A stretch of 64,000 bases of DNA from NCBI RefSeq assembly GCF_032062105.1, contig NW_026929448.1, forward strand, positions 310,001-374,000, read 5' to 3'. Source of the DNA: Saccostrea cucullata. Its lineage: Eukaryota. This document shows, in pieces, positions 28,038-39,663 of the stretch; position 1 is the stretch's first letter, and each line of letters opens with the position of its first letter. The notes beneath the pieces are model-generated. The model ran no database searches. It was given only the letters and a program-made list of their open reading frames with translations, and was not told where the DNA came from. Position numbers and translations under genes: made by a program.

Positions 28038-29513
28038 AGGAAATAGTAATCTCAATCAATCTGATTACATTGTAACTAGGGAATAAATTTATCCTAAGTC
28101 ACAGTCATTACTTTCCTGATTACAAGTGACCACAGAGATTCTTCACAAAATTGTTTGCGAATTTCTGAGGATGTTGCACACTTATTTATCACCGATCCTT
28201 CTTTTCAATACAACCAGCATTCGGTCTTTTTATTAACTGGAGAAAAATCTATATGTTTTGCAAAAAAAGGTACGAGGAGGTATTAAAAATGACTAGCGCC
28301 ATAAAATAAAAACCACTTTCGGTACATCAATGATGTAAAAAAAAAATGAACATCAACTTTTCTATCATCGAAATAATTCATAAATCCTGAATTTAATTTT
28401 TAAATGAGTAAGTATTGACTTTGAAAGCAATTGAATATCCAGGGGGAGCAACCTCGAACACGACGTTTTCTGACCTAAGTGTTATTGAGAAAAACTCGTT
28501 CGATTTGAACATCTGACATTCAAAAATTCCATTAATACAGTTATATGCTGGGACACTATTTTTCCATAGGATATGAATTTCTTGCGTTGTTCTGGAAGTT
28601 TTATGAAATTTTATCATAATTTTGCATAGAGTATCCAACAAATAAGGCCTTAAAAGGACATCATAAGGGGGAGGGGTTTCCCTCTTCAACATTCAATAAA
28701 ATATTGCCCGTCAAAAAATTGGTATATATGTAGGGATCACAAATGTTTAGACTGGCTATGGGGAAATTATATGTATCCAGCGTACATGTTTTAATGCCAC
28801 AGTAGATTCAGAGAGAAGGGGGATGCACAGCATGACGATTTGTAGTCTACGTGTGGAAAATACTCACGTCAAAAATGACATTGATTATATATTGAACTCA
28901 AAAAAGCAAAATGTGCTTTCACAATCAAGCGATGATCGCAATCAATGTATAATCCATTCGGAATATTATGTGCATTGAAGACTGTTATTTTTGATATTTT
29001 AAAGTCATGTAAACAAGACGCGTCTAAGTCCATACTCGGCTTCAGAGAATCTAATCAAAATGTTTTTGTGCTTTTTACTTCAAAATATTCGGCTGCTGCA
29101 TGTGACCAGATTTGGTAAATAAATCTTGAAATAAAAAACAATGCAAAAAGGATATCATTTTCAACATTATAAAAGAATGCATATGTTTTATTATTAATGT
29201 ACAAACTAATGTATAAAATTTAGACATTAAATATTGATAGAAACTTGGAAGCATCAGCAGAAATTGACGTTTCTGGATATTTCAAAATAAGTGCACATAA
29301 TTTTTACTTCCTAGATCTTTCCATCCTTGTTAAGTCACAAATGCTTTAAATATCTGAAAAAAAGTCTATCGCCCGGGACTTCTTAAGGACCGTTCTGGGA
29401 CTGCTCTGGGACTACACTAAAAAACAGACCCAGCAGTCGCAGTTGAGAGACATGATAGCTCCGCCCCTTTGTGTATTTTAAAATTGCAGGCTCCTAGTTG
29501 TTTTGTTTACTTG

Positions 29514-30168
29514 TGTGATATTATGAAATCTATTTCTATATGTATTTATTCGTTTTTATTTATTTTTTCAAATCGTTTTGAGAAATAAAATCTTAAAATT
29601 TGATTAACCAAAAGTTCTATTGCGCACCTAGATTGAGTTGCCTGAGTAAAGTTTTATTCTATAATTTCATTGGCTGTTTCGTTTGATTGGTTATTTCCTA
29701 TTTTATCATCCAATAATACATTTTCATTATAAGTATAAATTTACCGCGCTTTACTTTGTATATCAGAGCAGTAATACGTTTTCCAGAGAGAAGTTATATT
29801 TTAAATCCAGTGTCCATCATATGCATCTTATGGTATGTAATTTGTATATTTAACTATATGTTTCATTGCCATATAAAGATTTGAATTACGTTATTATTTT
29901 GATTGCAAACGTTTTACTTTATTGTATTTTTGCATTCAAAGTTGTAAATGAAATGAGTCTGTAAGGTTTAAATTTGAATTGTTTACAGAACACATTTTTT
30001 CATGGAGCTCATTTTTCTGAAACGTATACTGTAAGGTAAATTATCTCATATGTTATTTTCTCAATTTTTGTAATTTGACTTATTATGTACTTTGTTTATT
30101 TTAGATCAATGCCTTTATTTCCTGAATAAATTATGAAAACTTAACATCTGCCTTGCTGCTCGGTTACA
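29514..30168 (+). repeat. 5' LTR (655 bp)
   Basis: TGTGATATT...CTCGGTTACA; about 7 substitutions and 1 indel versus the 3' LTR by eye; AATAAA near the end. Confidence 0.97.
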
Positions 30169-30171
30169 TCA

Positions 30172-30183
30172 TGGCGCTGCGAG
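30172..30183 (+). promoter_or_regulatory. Primer binding site (tRNA-Ser-like)
   Basis: TGGCGCTGCGAG 3 nt after the 5' LTR; resembles the complement of the tRNA-Ser 3' end. Confidence 0.7.
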
Positions 30184-31449
30184 AAACAACACCGAGGCAT
30201 TGATTAGGGAACTTATATTCCACTGATGCGTGTGTATGGTGATTTCTACTCATCGACAGAGTGTTTGATTTACCTGGATTTGTATTGTGAACTGTTTTCA
30301 TAGGAACGGTAAATGTTACGCAAGTGAGTTAAGGCTAAATATGGATATTTTATGCAAATAAGCTAATGAAAATTCATAATTTGTATATTTTATGTACAGA
30401 GAAGGTTCAAATTGATTTCCTGATACATACTCAGTACCCACAGTTTATTAATGCAAGTGCACATTATGACGTCATATTATGACGTCATTGTTCTCTCCCA
30501 TTCAAGGTATTAAATCACATAAACAAAACAACGTCGGCGCAAGGGCCTATCCTATCTAATTTGAAATAAACGATGTGTAAAATAAAGGTGAATATTCTTA
30601 AAATTAATAAAATTGCTGCACAAATCCAATGCACTCTCTCAATTGATAAAATTTTTTAGGAAACTTACCCTGGACAGTGAATTTTTACCCTGTTAAAACT
30701 TAAAACTGCACGAATAGCAAGTAACCAATTGCACTGCCGACATTTGTGCAGCAATATCTTAAATCCTTGGAATATTCTGCATCTTTTGATACCTTGTTTC
30801 TGTAAAACAAAGTAAGGTATGCCCTTACGCCGAAGCGATTTTGTTGATAATTCTTATAAACTTGTGTAATAAAGATCGATGACGTCATAATATGACGTCA
30901 TAATGTGTAGTGGCAGTCGCATATCGTGGGTACCAAGAATGTATTAGAAAACAAGTCTTAGCATTTTCTGTGCGGTAGGTAGAGCAATGGCTGAGTTCCG
31001 CAATGTCTTATTTCTGGAGTTATCTCTCTTGAAAAATCGCTAGATGTCGCCAACACATTGACTTCCGGGGCGTTTGTTGTTCAACTTGTGTTGTGTACTC
31101 ACAGTACTGATAATTGCAATTTCTGCGTTAGACAAGGACATACCAAGGTAAGATTTGCGATATATCTGTATAATTAATTTATTTAAAGATTTATAACCAT
31201 TATCTAAACGTGGTAAATGGTATACAAATAATAAAATATAAATGCTCAGCGTTTTCGCGTGGCATTTAAATATTCAACTGAATTGGCTATTGCAAGGTCT
31301 AAGATCGACCCTGTTCGAACCGAATGTAGATGACATTGAAATTATGATTTAATAACTGTTTAATATTAACAGTAATGTAATATTGTCGGAATAATTGAAT
31401 ATGTGACCATCCAACAGCGTTTAATTCTGAAAAAAGGGGGTGTCTTTAT

Positions 31450-31555
31450 TAATCCGAGATTCCTCTGACTCTAACCCCCGCTTTTATTTTATGACGTTTG
31501 TCCGCACATGTCATAAAATAAAAGCAGGGGTTAGAGTCAGGGGAATCTCGGATTA
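31450..31555. mobile_element. 106-bp hairpin MITE with a 9-bp TSD
   Basis: About 46-bp arms TAATCCGAGATTCC...GGAATCTCGGATTA; TGTCTTTAT at 31441-31449 and 31556-31564. Confidence 0.88.
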
Positions 31556-31711
31556 TGTCTTTATATGATATTGATATGATATCAATAATTGTTTACATAA
31601 ATTACATCTTGGGATCCTAATTACATTCAATTTTTATGAAACCCTTTTAAGTTATTTGGGCACTGTGTGTTTTCTGAATCTGTATTAATATACAATATTG
31701 AATGTTTCAGA

Positions 31712-33454
31712 ATGTCTTCAAGCACTGATGATGAAGGTGAACCATCTCACTTGTCTCTAGAAGAAATTCAGTCATGGAAAGTTGTTGAACTAAAAAATTG
31801 GCTTGAAAATCACAGGCTTAAAAAATCTGGGAATAAAGAGGTATTGGCAAAGAGAGTTTACAAAGCCATGAGGCATGGTTATGATTCATCAGAAGATTTC
31901 ATAGATACAGATGAAGAAATAGAGAAAACTGTTCCTGTTCATCCTTCAACAGATTCATGGAAAGAACTTGACTCTACTGATATTCCTGAAATTTCTCATA
32001 AGGCCATTGATATTTATTTTAAATGTCATAAAAATCCTGTAACTGGAGAAAGGTTAAATTTCGAGAGACAAATGAAAAAAGCAAAGCGTCTGTGCAATGA
32101 AGGGTTCATAAGAGAAATTGAATACAATAAAGGAAACAGTGATTTTTGTTACATGCGATCAACTTGTCTTCCATCAATGAAACAGACTGTTCAAGTTGGA
32201 TTTGGAAAAAGTGCTAAATATTATTCTTTGAATGTTTGTATAAAGAAAAAGTCAGGCATTGTTGTAAATGCTTTATGTAATTGTAAAGCCGGAGAGGCAG
32301 GTCTTTGTGCTCATGTTGGAGCATTATTGTATGTACTTGTAAAAACAAAAAATTCCTGTACATCTAATCAGTGTGTGTGGAATAGACCTACACCTTTGAG
32401 AAGAAAACCAAGTCCAAAAAGAGTTGGAGATATTAGTTTTTCAAAAACAGAAAAAGATAATATTGTAGACAAAGTTCGTCCTTTCCCAGGCATTTATAAT
32501 CCTGGACCTTGTCAAAGTGAATGCAGCTCATTTTTGAATGATATTTTGGATGGCTTAAAAGATATTTACCCACAATGTGTCTTGTATCAAACTTTAAGAG
32601 CAGAGCATGTTAATATAGATTCCTTTTTGAATATTTTTTTGCCAGATTTTATGTATAGGGACAATGTAAATCTAAAATCAAAAGAATGTGTTGAAAATTT
32701 TAAATCTTTTGTAAACAATATGAATATAACAACAGAGGTTAGTGAACTGTTAGAAAAGGGAACTAGAGGTCAAAATTCAAATGTTAACTGGAGAAAGGCT
32801 AGATGCAATATCATTACTGCATCAGTAATGGGTGACGTTGTCAAAAGAGTAAAGTCCGAACCAGACAATTTAGTCAAGAAAATTTGTGGATACGTAGTAG
32901 TACCAGATTGTGTAAAAAGTATCAGTTATGGTCGAACAAATGAATCTGTTGCTTTGAGTGATTATATGGAGCGACATTTAAATTTGTGTGGTGATGTGAA
33001 GATCGAGTCCTGTGGACTATATGTCAACCCTTAGTACCCATTCCTTGGGGCCAGTGTTGATGGACTTGTTACTTGTGTAGAATGTGGTACAGGACTTGTC
33101 GAAGTCAAGTGTCCTTATGGAAAACAAAAAAGTCCTTGGAGGAATATGCCTCCGACAAAATGTGGACAAGATAAACATTTTTTTTGCACTGAAAACAATG
33201 GTGAACTTAAATTAAAACAGAACCATAATTATATGTACCAAGTTCAAGGCCAGCTAGCATTATATGAACTTAACTGGGTTGATTTTGTTGTTTACACAAA
33301 AAAAGGTATATCTGTTGAAAGAATTCTTTTTGATGTTGGAATCTGGAATGATATGGTTCCAAAGATGAAATCTTTTTATACATATGGTGTTGTACCAGAA
33401 CTTTTCACTAGAAGAATTCAGCGAGGAAAATCACTGTACATGTATAACATTTGA
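31712..33454 (+). pseudogene. SAP + SWIM zinc finger + YqaJ/lambda-exonuclease-like protein (about 580 codons) with one in-frame TAG at 33032-33034
   Basis: SAP (WKVVELKNWL...KSGNKEVLAKRV); SWIM (CNCKAG...CAH); exonuclease motifs TRGQ..W, ITAS, YG..NE, PFLGASVDG, EVKCP, YQVQGQL; ORFs 31667 and 33146 are in the same frame. Confidence 0.88.
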
Positions 33455-33880
33455 TGTACATTTGTTAATAATTTGAATATTGCATAGAATGATTCTATTT
33501 GATTTTGAACATGTGTACATAAAACTGTTAACACTCTGAAACTTTTATATTTGCATGAGAGCTTAGATTCATCTGTAAAAATATTGAATAAAAACAAAAA
33601 GGTTATGTGATTTATTTTATTTATCCACATCTCATTTATGATTTCAAGGTCCAAGTGTACATATTTCAAGTTTATTTTCAAATGAATGTTTGTATTTCAC
33701 ATCGAATCGTCAAAATTCACATCACCTTGAAAACCACAAAATGTGATATACTTTAAATGTGTTTTTTTAATCATGCATTTAAAAAAATAATTCCTGGAAA
33801 GTAAATTTCCTCATAACAGGAATAAAAATAATTATACATGTTAGGGCATCCAGAAAAAAATCTAGTTAATTATATTTATG

Positions 33881-35347
33881 TCACTTCAGAAGTGGAGGCA
33901 ATAAGTTAGTTAAAGATGTACAGATAACTATGATTTGTTCTGATAAGTGCACTTCTGAAATTGGTAAAACTGAGTTCACAATATTGTAGTTTTTGATCTG
34001 TTCCATCTTCATTTCAACTACTATTCTGGCTGAAGCTATTCTATTTGTTTTAAAGAAATCATGTTTTGACATCTGGCATGTACTTGATACTCGTGGTGGA
34101 ACATTCAATCCAACATCAGCTGGTAACAAATCTTCTATTGTGAAACCTTTATCTGCCATTACAACATCACCTGGTGACAGTTTTGGAAGAAATCCATCGT
34201 GCTGAGTAATGTGTCTGTCTGACACATTCCCACCCCACAGTCTTGACACAAAGGTTACCATACCACTTGGTGACACACCAATCAATATTTTAAAAGTGTT
34301 TGAATGTTTGTATTCGGACCACGTCATCCACTGTGCCTTTAAAGAGGACGGTTTTTCAATAAAAAATTCTGTGCAATCAAGCACAATTCTAGTATCTGCG
34401 TGCATGCTAAAAAGCTTTGGTAAGTTACACAAAATCTGCTCTCTGGAGACCCACTTTATTAAGGATTTGCAGTGATCATAGAGGAAGTTAATCCAAGTGT
34501 TCATTACTCGTGATACTGTCGTTTCGGACACCCTGAAAATATCAGCAAGGTGTTCCTGAAGCAGCCCTAAACGAAGTCTCATGCAAACCATCAAGAATTC
34601 ATCCACTGGTCTCAAGGAACGTTTTCTGCCAGGCTTTTTAACCCCTGGTTCATGATACGACTTCTCACCCATGGACCTTGTCTCTCCCTCCCAGTAATTG
34701 AGTTTCTCTGCACCATGTTTCTGCCTCAGCACTGCAAAAAACATCCAAAAAATTTGAAAAGTTGCAAAACCTGTATAAAATCTTGTTTTAGAATCGTCAT
34801 CTTTCATATCTTCATATGTCATCCTAGGCAAATCTGCCTGAACTTCAGCATTAACAGTAGACAAAGGGCTGCCAGTCGTCTGGGTTGCAGTTGAAACATG
34901 TACACAATGCTCTTCTGTATTTGTGTACGCATCTTTTGAATAAAAATATTTGAGGTCAGTTTGTATTGCAACATCATTGTACATTGACACAGGATTATCT
35001 TGTGGATTTTCAGTATCACTTTGCCCTGAACCATCATTTTGAAATGAATTTTCAATTTTTCTTACAAGAGGTCTTCGGGATTTTGTTTCCTTTTTGGGTT
35101 TACTTGGAAAAATTGTGAGAATCGATTCCTCAGTAAATGTTCCCTCAAAATGAACACTGCAAACTCGTGTGTGGTCTTTTACAACCAAATTTGCTCTCAC
35201 ATGTCGAAGTCGCTGAATCCAGAGACGCTTAATATGGGCCTTTTTCTCCGACATAGGGAAGCGATGCAATATTATTTTATTTCCATATTCATCCAATGTT
35301 TGAGAAGTGTTGCTGCATCCAGGAACGCAGCAATATTTCTTCCCCAT
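33881..35347 (-). CDS. THAP + HTH + DDE_Tnp_4-type transposase (488 aa, intact)
   Basis: THAP (CCVPGC...LHRFP...W...VCSVHF); HTH (LRLGLLQEHLADIFRVSETTVSR); catalytic motifs DCTE, GNVSD, MADKGF, RIVVE; ATG directly follows a splice acceptor. Confidence 0.92.
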   Translation of the reverse strand: MGKKYCCVPGCSNTSQTLDEYGNKIILHRFPMSEKKAHIKRLWIQRLRHVRANLVVKDHTRVCSVHFEGTFTEESILTIFPSKPKKETKSRRPLVRKIENSFQNDGSGQSDTENPQDNPVSMYNDVAIQTDLKYFYSKDAYTNTEEHCVHVSTATQTTGSPLSTVNAEVQADLPRMTYEDMKDDDSKTRFYTGFATFQIFWMFFAVLRQKHGAEKLNYWEGETRSMGEKSYHEPGVKKPGRKRSLRPVDEFLMVCMRLRLGLLQEHLADIFRVSETTVSRVMNTWINFLYDHCKSLIKWVSREQILCNLPKLFSMHADTRIVLDCTEFFIEKPSSLKAQWMTWSEYKHSNTFKILIGVSPSGMVTFVSRLWGGNVSDRHITQHDGFLPKLSPGDVVMADKGFTIEDLLPADVGLNVPPRVSSTCQMSKHDFFKTNRIASARIVVEMKMEQIKNYNIVNSVLPISEVHLSEQIIVICTSLTNLLPPLLK

Positions 35348-36043
35348 ACTGGAAAATAAAAAGTACATTGTAAAGTACTTTAAAAGGAATTTTTTTTTAA
35401 AAAAAAATGTTACAATTGACATTCATGTCCTTTTAAAATAAATTATGTTATGAATTCAAAATTATTTACATGTTACTGAATTGTTTTGCGAATTAAACAA
35501 TGCCTTTTACACAACGGGGGGGGGGGGCAATGTTAGATTTTCTTATGAACACAACTTGACAGCTGTAAATATTCATTCCTCGTCGAATAAAAATAAATTC
35601 TATACTTTAAAAAAATAGATATATGTATATAGACCTTTATAAATATTGACATTTTTTTTTTCTAGAATATACTAGATCCTTATGGTTGTTGCATGTGTAT
35701 TAGATTCAAGAACCAACTCTGTACTGCTTTTATATTAATATGCATCGTAAACCAGTGTAACATCCTAAATACGACCGCTATTTAAATCCCTTACCTGGCT
35801 TGTCAGTGTCCTCGATACCGATAGTGTGTATTTTCTCGACGCTTCTTGCTTCAGCGATTTTGTTGCTTTGTGTATTGACGCCCCGGAAGTGGAGAGCTTC
35901 ACAGTTAGGGACGATAACTCGTATTAAAAAAACATTGCGGAACTTGGCCATTATGGAATTTAATAAGATATTTTGTATAGAGATTTCCATATGTAGCCTT
36001 AACTCACATGCGTAATCGTGAACTTGGAATCTGAACTCTGAAA

Positions 36044-36979
36044 ATGAATAAAAGAGATCTTCAAAACCGTATCCATGAATTGGAACAAGAACTTTTAGAA
36101 GAAAAACTTTCCAAGCCAAAAGTCGTTGAAAAACATACATTTATTCCGGAAAGTCGCAAGATTAAAACTTTTTCTGGTCGACCTAAAACTGAAAATGATT
36201 TGTCAATTGATGACTGGATTGACGATCTAGAAGTAGCGTTTGCAGCTCGTGAAAGGACCGATGCACAGAAAGTCGATCTTATATTTACGCATTTGGAAGG
36301 TCAGGCCAAGGATGAAGTGAAATACAGAGAAGATATTCGTAATGACCCTTATGCACTATTGGATTGCTTACGGACAGCATTCGGAAATCCGGAAAGTGTT
36401 ATTACGTTACAACAACGTTTCTTTGAGCGACACCAGAAAGAAAGTGAAAAAATTCGTGAATATTCTTATGTGCTTTTGGATCTATTTCAGAAAGTGATTA
36501 AGAAAGACAGCAGTGTTTTTCCAGAGAAAGAGCGCACCTTGTGTGAACGATTCGCTAACGGCTTGTGTGACCCATTCATACGCAAAGAAGCGAAACGACT
36601 TGTTAGAAGCAAATACGCACCCGTTGATTTCTACACACTTCGAGATGAAATAATTCTATTCAGTGAAGAAGAAACAACGCAACACCATTCAAACACGCAG
36701 TCAAAGCTTCCAGACAGTAAACCGGTCGAGAAGATCAGCGATCAGCCAAATTTAAATGTCCCAACACCGGAATCGTCTACAGCGGATCAGCTATTGAAAA
36801 TCATCCAAGCACAACAAAAGCAGATCGACTCACTAACCACCCTGATGAAAGATCGCGAAGGCAGTGAACATTCTACGGAACGCCGTTATAGCAACCGTCC
36901 GAAATGCTACAAATGTGGAAAGCTGGGCCATATACAGAGATTTTGCCGTGTAAAAATGAATGATTCGGAAAACAAGTAA
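36044..36979 (+). CDS. gag: Gypsy Gag with CCHC zinc knuckle
   Basis: 311-aa ORF; capsid-like region; CYKCGKLGHIQRFC. Confidence 0.93.
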   Translation: MNKRDLQNRIHELEQELLEEKLSKPKVVEKHTFIPESRKIKTFSGRPKTENDLSIDDWIDDLEVAFAARERTDAQKVDLIFTHLEGQAKDEVKYREDIRNDPYALLDCLRTAFGNPESVITLQQRFFERHQKESEKIREYSYVLLDLFQKVIKKDSSVFPEKERTLCERFANGLCDPFIRKEAKRLVRSKYAPVDFYTLRDEIILFSEEETTQHHSNTQSKLPDSKPVEKISDQPNLNVPTPESSTADQLLKIIQAQQKQIDSLTTLMKDREGSEHSTERRYSNRPKCYKCGKLGHIQRFCRVKMNDSENK

Positions 36980-37025
36980 CATCTATTGACACGAGTCCGA
37001 CAATAGATGGCGGTCAACAGGACTC
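36967..37025 (+). promoter_or_regulatory. -1 programmed ribosomal frameshift signal (slippery site plus predicted H-type pseudoknot)
   Basis: G GAA AAC in the gag frame; stem 1 CATCTATTG/CAATAGATG; stem 2 GAGTCC/GGACTC; pol is open in the -1 frame from 36964. Confidence 0.8.
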
Positions 37026-39663
37026 ATTGTTTATGCAACGCTTTATAGGGAATTGTCCTGTTATGGATAATACTGTGTTAAATGTGAAAATCCCGTGCTT
37101 AGTCGACACAGGTTCCATGGTTTCAACACTGACAGAAAGCTTTTTCAAACAGTTTATTCAGCCATTAGGAACAACCATCATACAAGACAATCTTATTCGA
37201 CTTAAAGCTGCGAATGGACTTACCATCCCATATATAGGATATGTAGAACTTGATGTCCAATACTTAGGAAAAACTATTCCTCAACGTGGTTTTCTTATAG
37301 TCAAAGACTCTGTAGATAGTGAAACGAGGAAGCGTAAAGAAGCTCTACCAGGTCTCATTGGTATGAATATTCTCAGTGTTTGCAAGGATATCTTATCTAC
37401 TTCTAACATTCCTACAAGTGCACATTTACAGGAAGTTTTTACTGAAAGCAACATGTTCGATCACAGGATTGTACGTGGATTAGCACGAGTGAGCGGGTCA
37501 ATTCCTATTCGTATACCAGCAAATACTGCCATTGTTATAGAGTGCACTGGACCACACATTGACAGTGATGTCATTGTTAATCCTTTGATTAATGGATCAC
37601 ATCTACACAGGAATTTCCGGACCGTGGATACGTGTGCTACAATTAGCAGTGGTAAATTATGGGTTCGTGTAGCCAATATCGGAGATGAGGAAATTTCAGT
37701 TAAACCACGTACAAGAATAGGAACTGTGTCTAGATGTGAAGTTGATCCCAATAGATCAAATATTGGATTTAATAGAGTCGGCAGTGTTGAGGAAATATTT
37801 ATTCAGAGTTGTGACGTTTCAGAGGTTACGACCCTTGATGATAAATTCACGTTACCTGAGGACATTTACCATCTCGACTGTAGCAAAGAAGAAAAGACGT
37901 TAATAACTTCACTTTTCCAGAAATATAGAGACATTTTCTCCAGGAATGATGACGACATCGGAAGTACAAATACTGTTCAACATCGCATTCGCCTCACTGA
38001 TGATAAACCGGTTTCTCAACAGTACCGCCGTATTCCACCATCTCAGTTTGAGGAAGTGAAACAGCACATTAGAAAATTATTGGATAACAGTGTGATCATT
38101 GAGAGTACCAGTTCTTTTGCTTCACCTATTGTACTTGTTCGTAAGAAAGACAACACTCTACGACTTTATGTGGACTATCGCAAACTTAACGAAAAGACGA
38201 TCAAAGACAAGTTTCCGTTACCCAGAGTTGAAGAAACTTTTGATGTGTTACATGGTTCTGTTATGTTTTCTACCATGGATTTAACTTCCGGTTACAACCA
38301 AATAGCAGTAGCAGAAGAGGATATAGAGAAAACAGCATTCACAACACCTTTCGGACTGTATGAATTTATGCGCATGCCCTTTGGACTTACCAACGCGCCA
38401 GCTACGTTCCAGCGTTTAATGCAGCACTGTTTCCGGGAAGAAGTATTCAACATAATGTTAGTTTTCCTAGACGACATCAATGTTTATTCAAAGTCATTAA
38501 GTGAACATATTGAGCGTCTTGACAAAGTGTTTTCTATTCTACGTCAACATGGTCTTAAACTGAAGATGCGGAAGTGTAAGTTTTTCCAACCATCGGTGCA
38601 ATATCTGGGACATATTGTAAGTAAAGACGGCATCAGCACTGATAGTGAGAAGATCAAATGCATAGTTAATTGGAAAATACCTGAAAATGTGAAAGAAGTG
38701 AAATCATTCTTGGGATTTGCGGGCTACTATCGCCGTTTTATTCGACATTTCTCACAGATTGCGGAACCATTACTTGAAATTGCCAAGCTTAATATGAAAC
38801 ATCCGAAGACAAAATTTGGTGATAAGTGGACAAAAAGTTGTCAGGATTCGTTTGAAAAGCTGAAAACACAGTTATCTAGTGCTCCTTGACTTGGATATGC
38901 TGACTTCACATTACCATTCATCGTAGAAACAGATGCAAGTGCACATGGACTAGGAGCCGTTATTTCCCAAGTGCAGAATGGACGTACTGTCGTTATTGCA
39001 TACGCCAGCAGAACTCTTCGACCTAATGAACGTTCCGCAAAGACAATGAGTAGCCTTAAACTTGAACTTTTAGCACTTAAGTGGAGTGTGACGGAGAAAT
39101 TTAGAGACTATTTACTAGGAAACAAGTTTGTGGTACTTACAGACAACAACCCGTTGAAATACCTTTCGTCAGCTAAACTTGGTGCATATGAACAGAAATG
39201 GGCTTCACAACTAGCAGATTTTGATTTCGAGATAAAGTACAGACCGGGAAAACAGAACAGCAACGCAGACGCACTATCAAGACTTCCAATGAAAAGTGTT
39301 GATGTTTTTAGTGAATGCATTCATGGATCTATTGTTCCTTTGGATATTAAAACTGTGCATTCCTCAGTGTTATTCATTGATTCAGCTACTGTCACTCATG
39401 CAGAAACATTTCCTGGATATTCAAAGGATGATATCAGTGAATTACAAAGAAAAGACGCAGTGATTTCAAAGTGTGCGAATTTCCTGGAGACAAACACTGT
39501 TCCTAAACCAAGTTTTTCGAGGAAACAGAATAAGAAAGTGCAAGTTTTGTTAAGGCAATTAAAATACCTGTGTATTTCTGATGGTGTTATTCTAAGGAAG
39601 ATTAAAGATCCCAAATTAGGAGAGCTCACGCAGATTCTACTTCCGGAGTGTTTGAAGGACTTA

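Larger units (their letters stand above)
30319..36012. mobile_element. ISL2EU/IS4EU-type (PIF/Harbinger-related) two-gene DNA transposon in the Gypsy 5' UTR
   Basis: TIR CGCAAGTGAGTTAAGGCTAAATATGGA versus CGCATGTGAGTTAAGGCTACATATGGA; TA flanks; convergent transposase and YqaJ genes. Alternative shorter boundaries 30332-35999. Confidence 0.88.

Noticed and set aside
28271-28700. Mariner-like end TACGAGGAGGTATTAAAAA
   Set aside because: No matching second TIR or transposase remnant found
31667-35422. Extra native genes (env-like or captured host genes) of the Gypsy element
   Set aside because: They are bounded by their own TIRs and TSD and match a DNA-transposon gene pair
35348-35422. N-terminal extensions in the ORF track (also 31667-31711)
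   Set aside because: These are polypyrimidine and acceptor intron sequence upstream of the likely ATGs
30332-35999. Kolobok or piggyBac assignment based on TTAA flanks
   Set aside because: Transposase motifs are DDE_Tnp_4/ISL2EU type; no long direct terminal repeats; TTAA is probably inside the TIR
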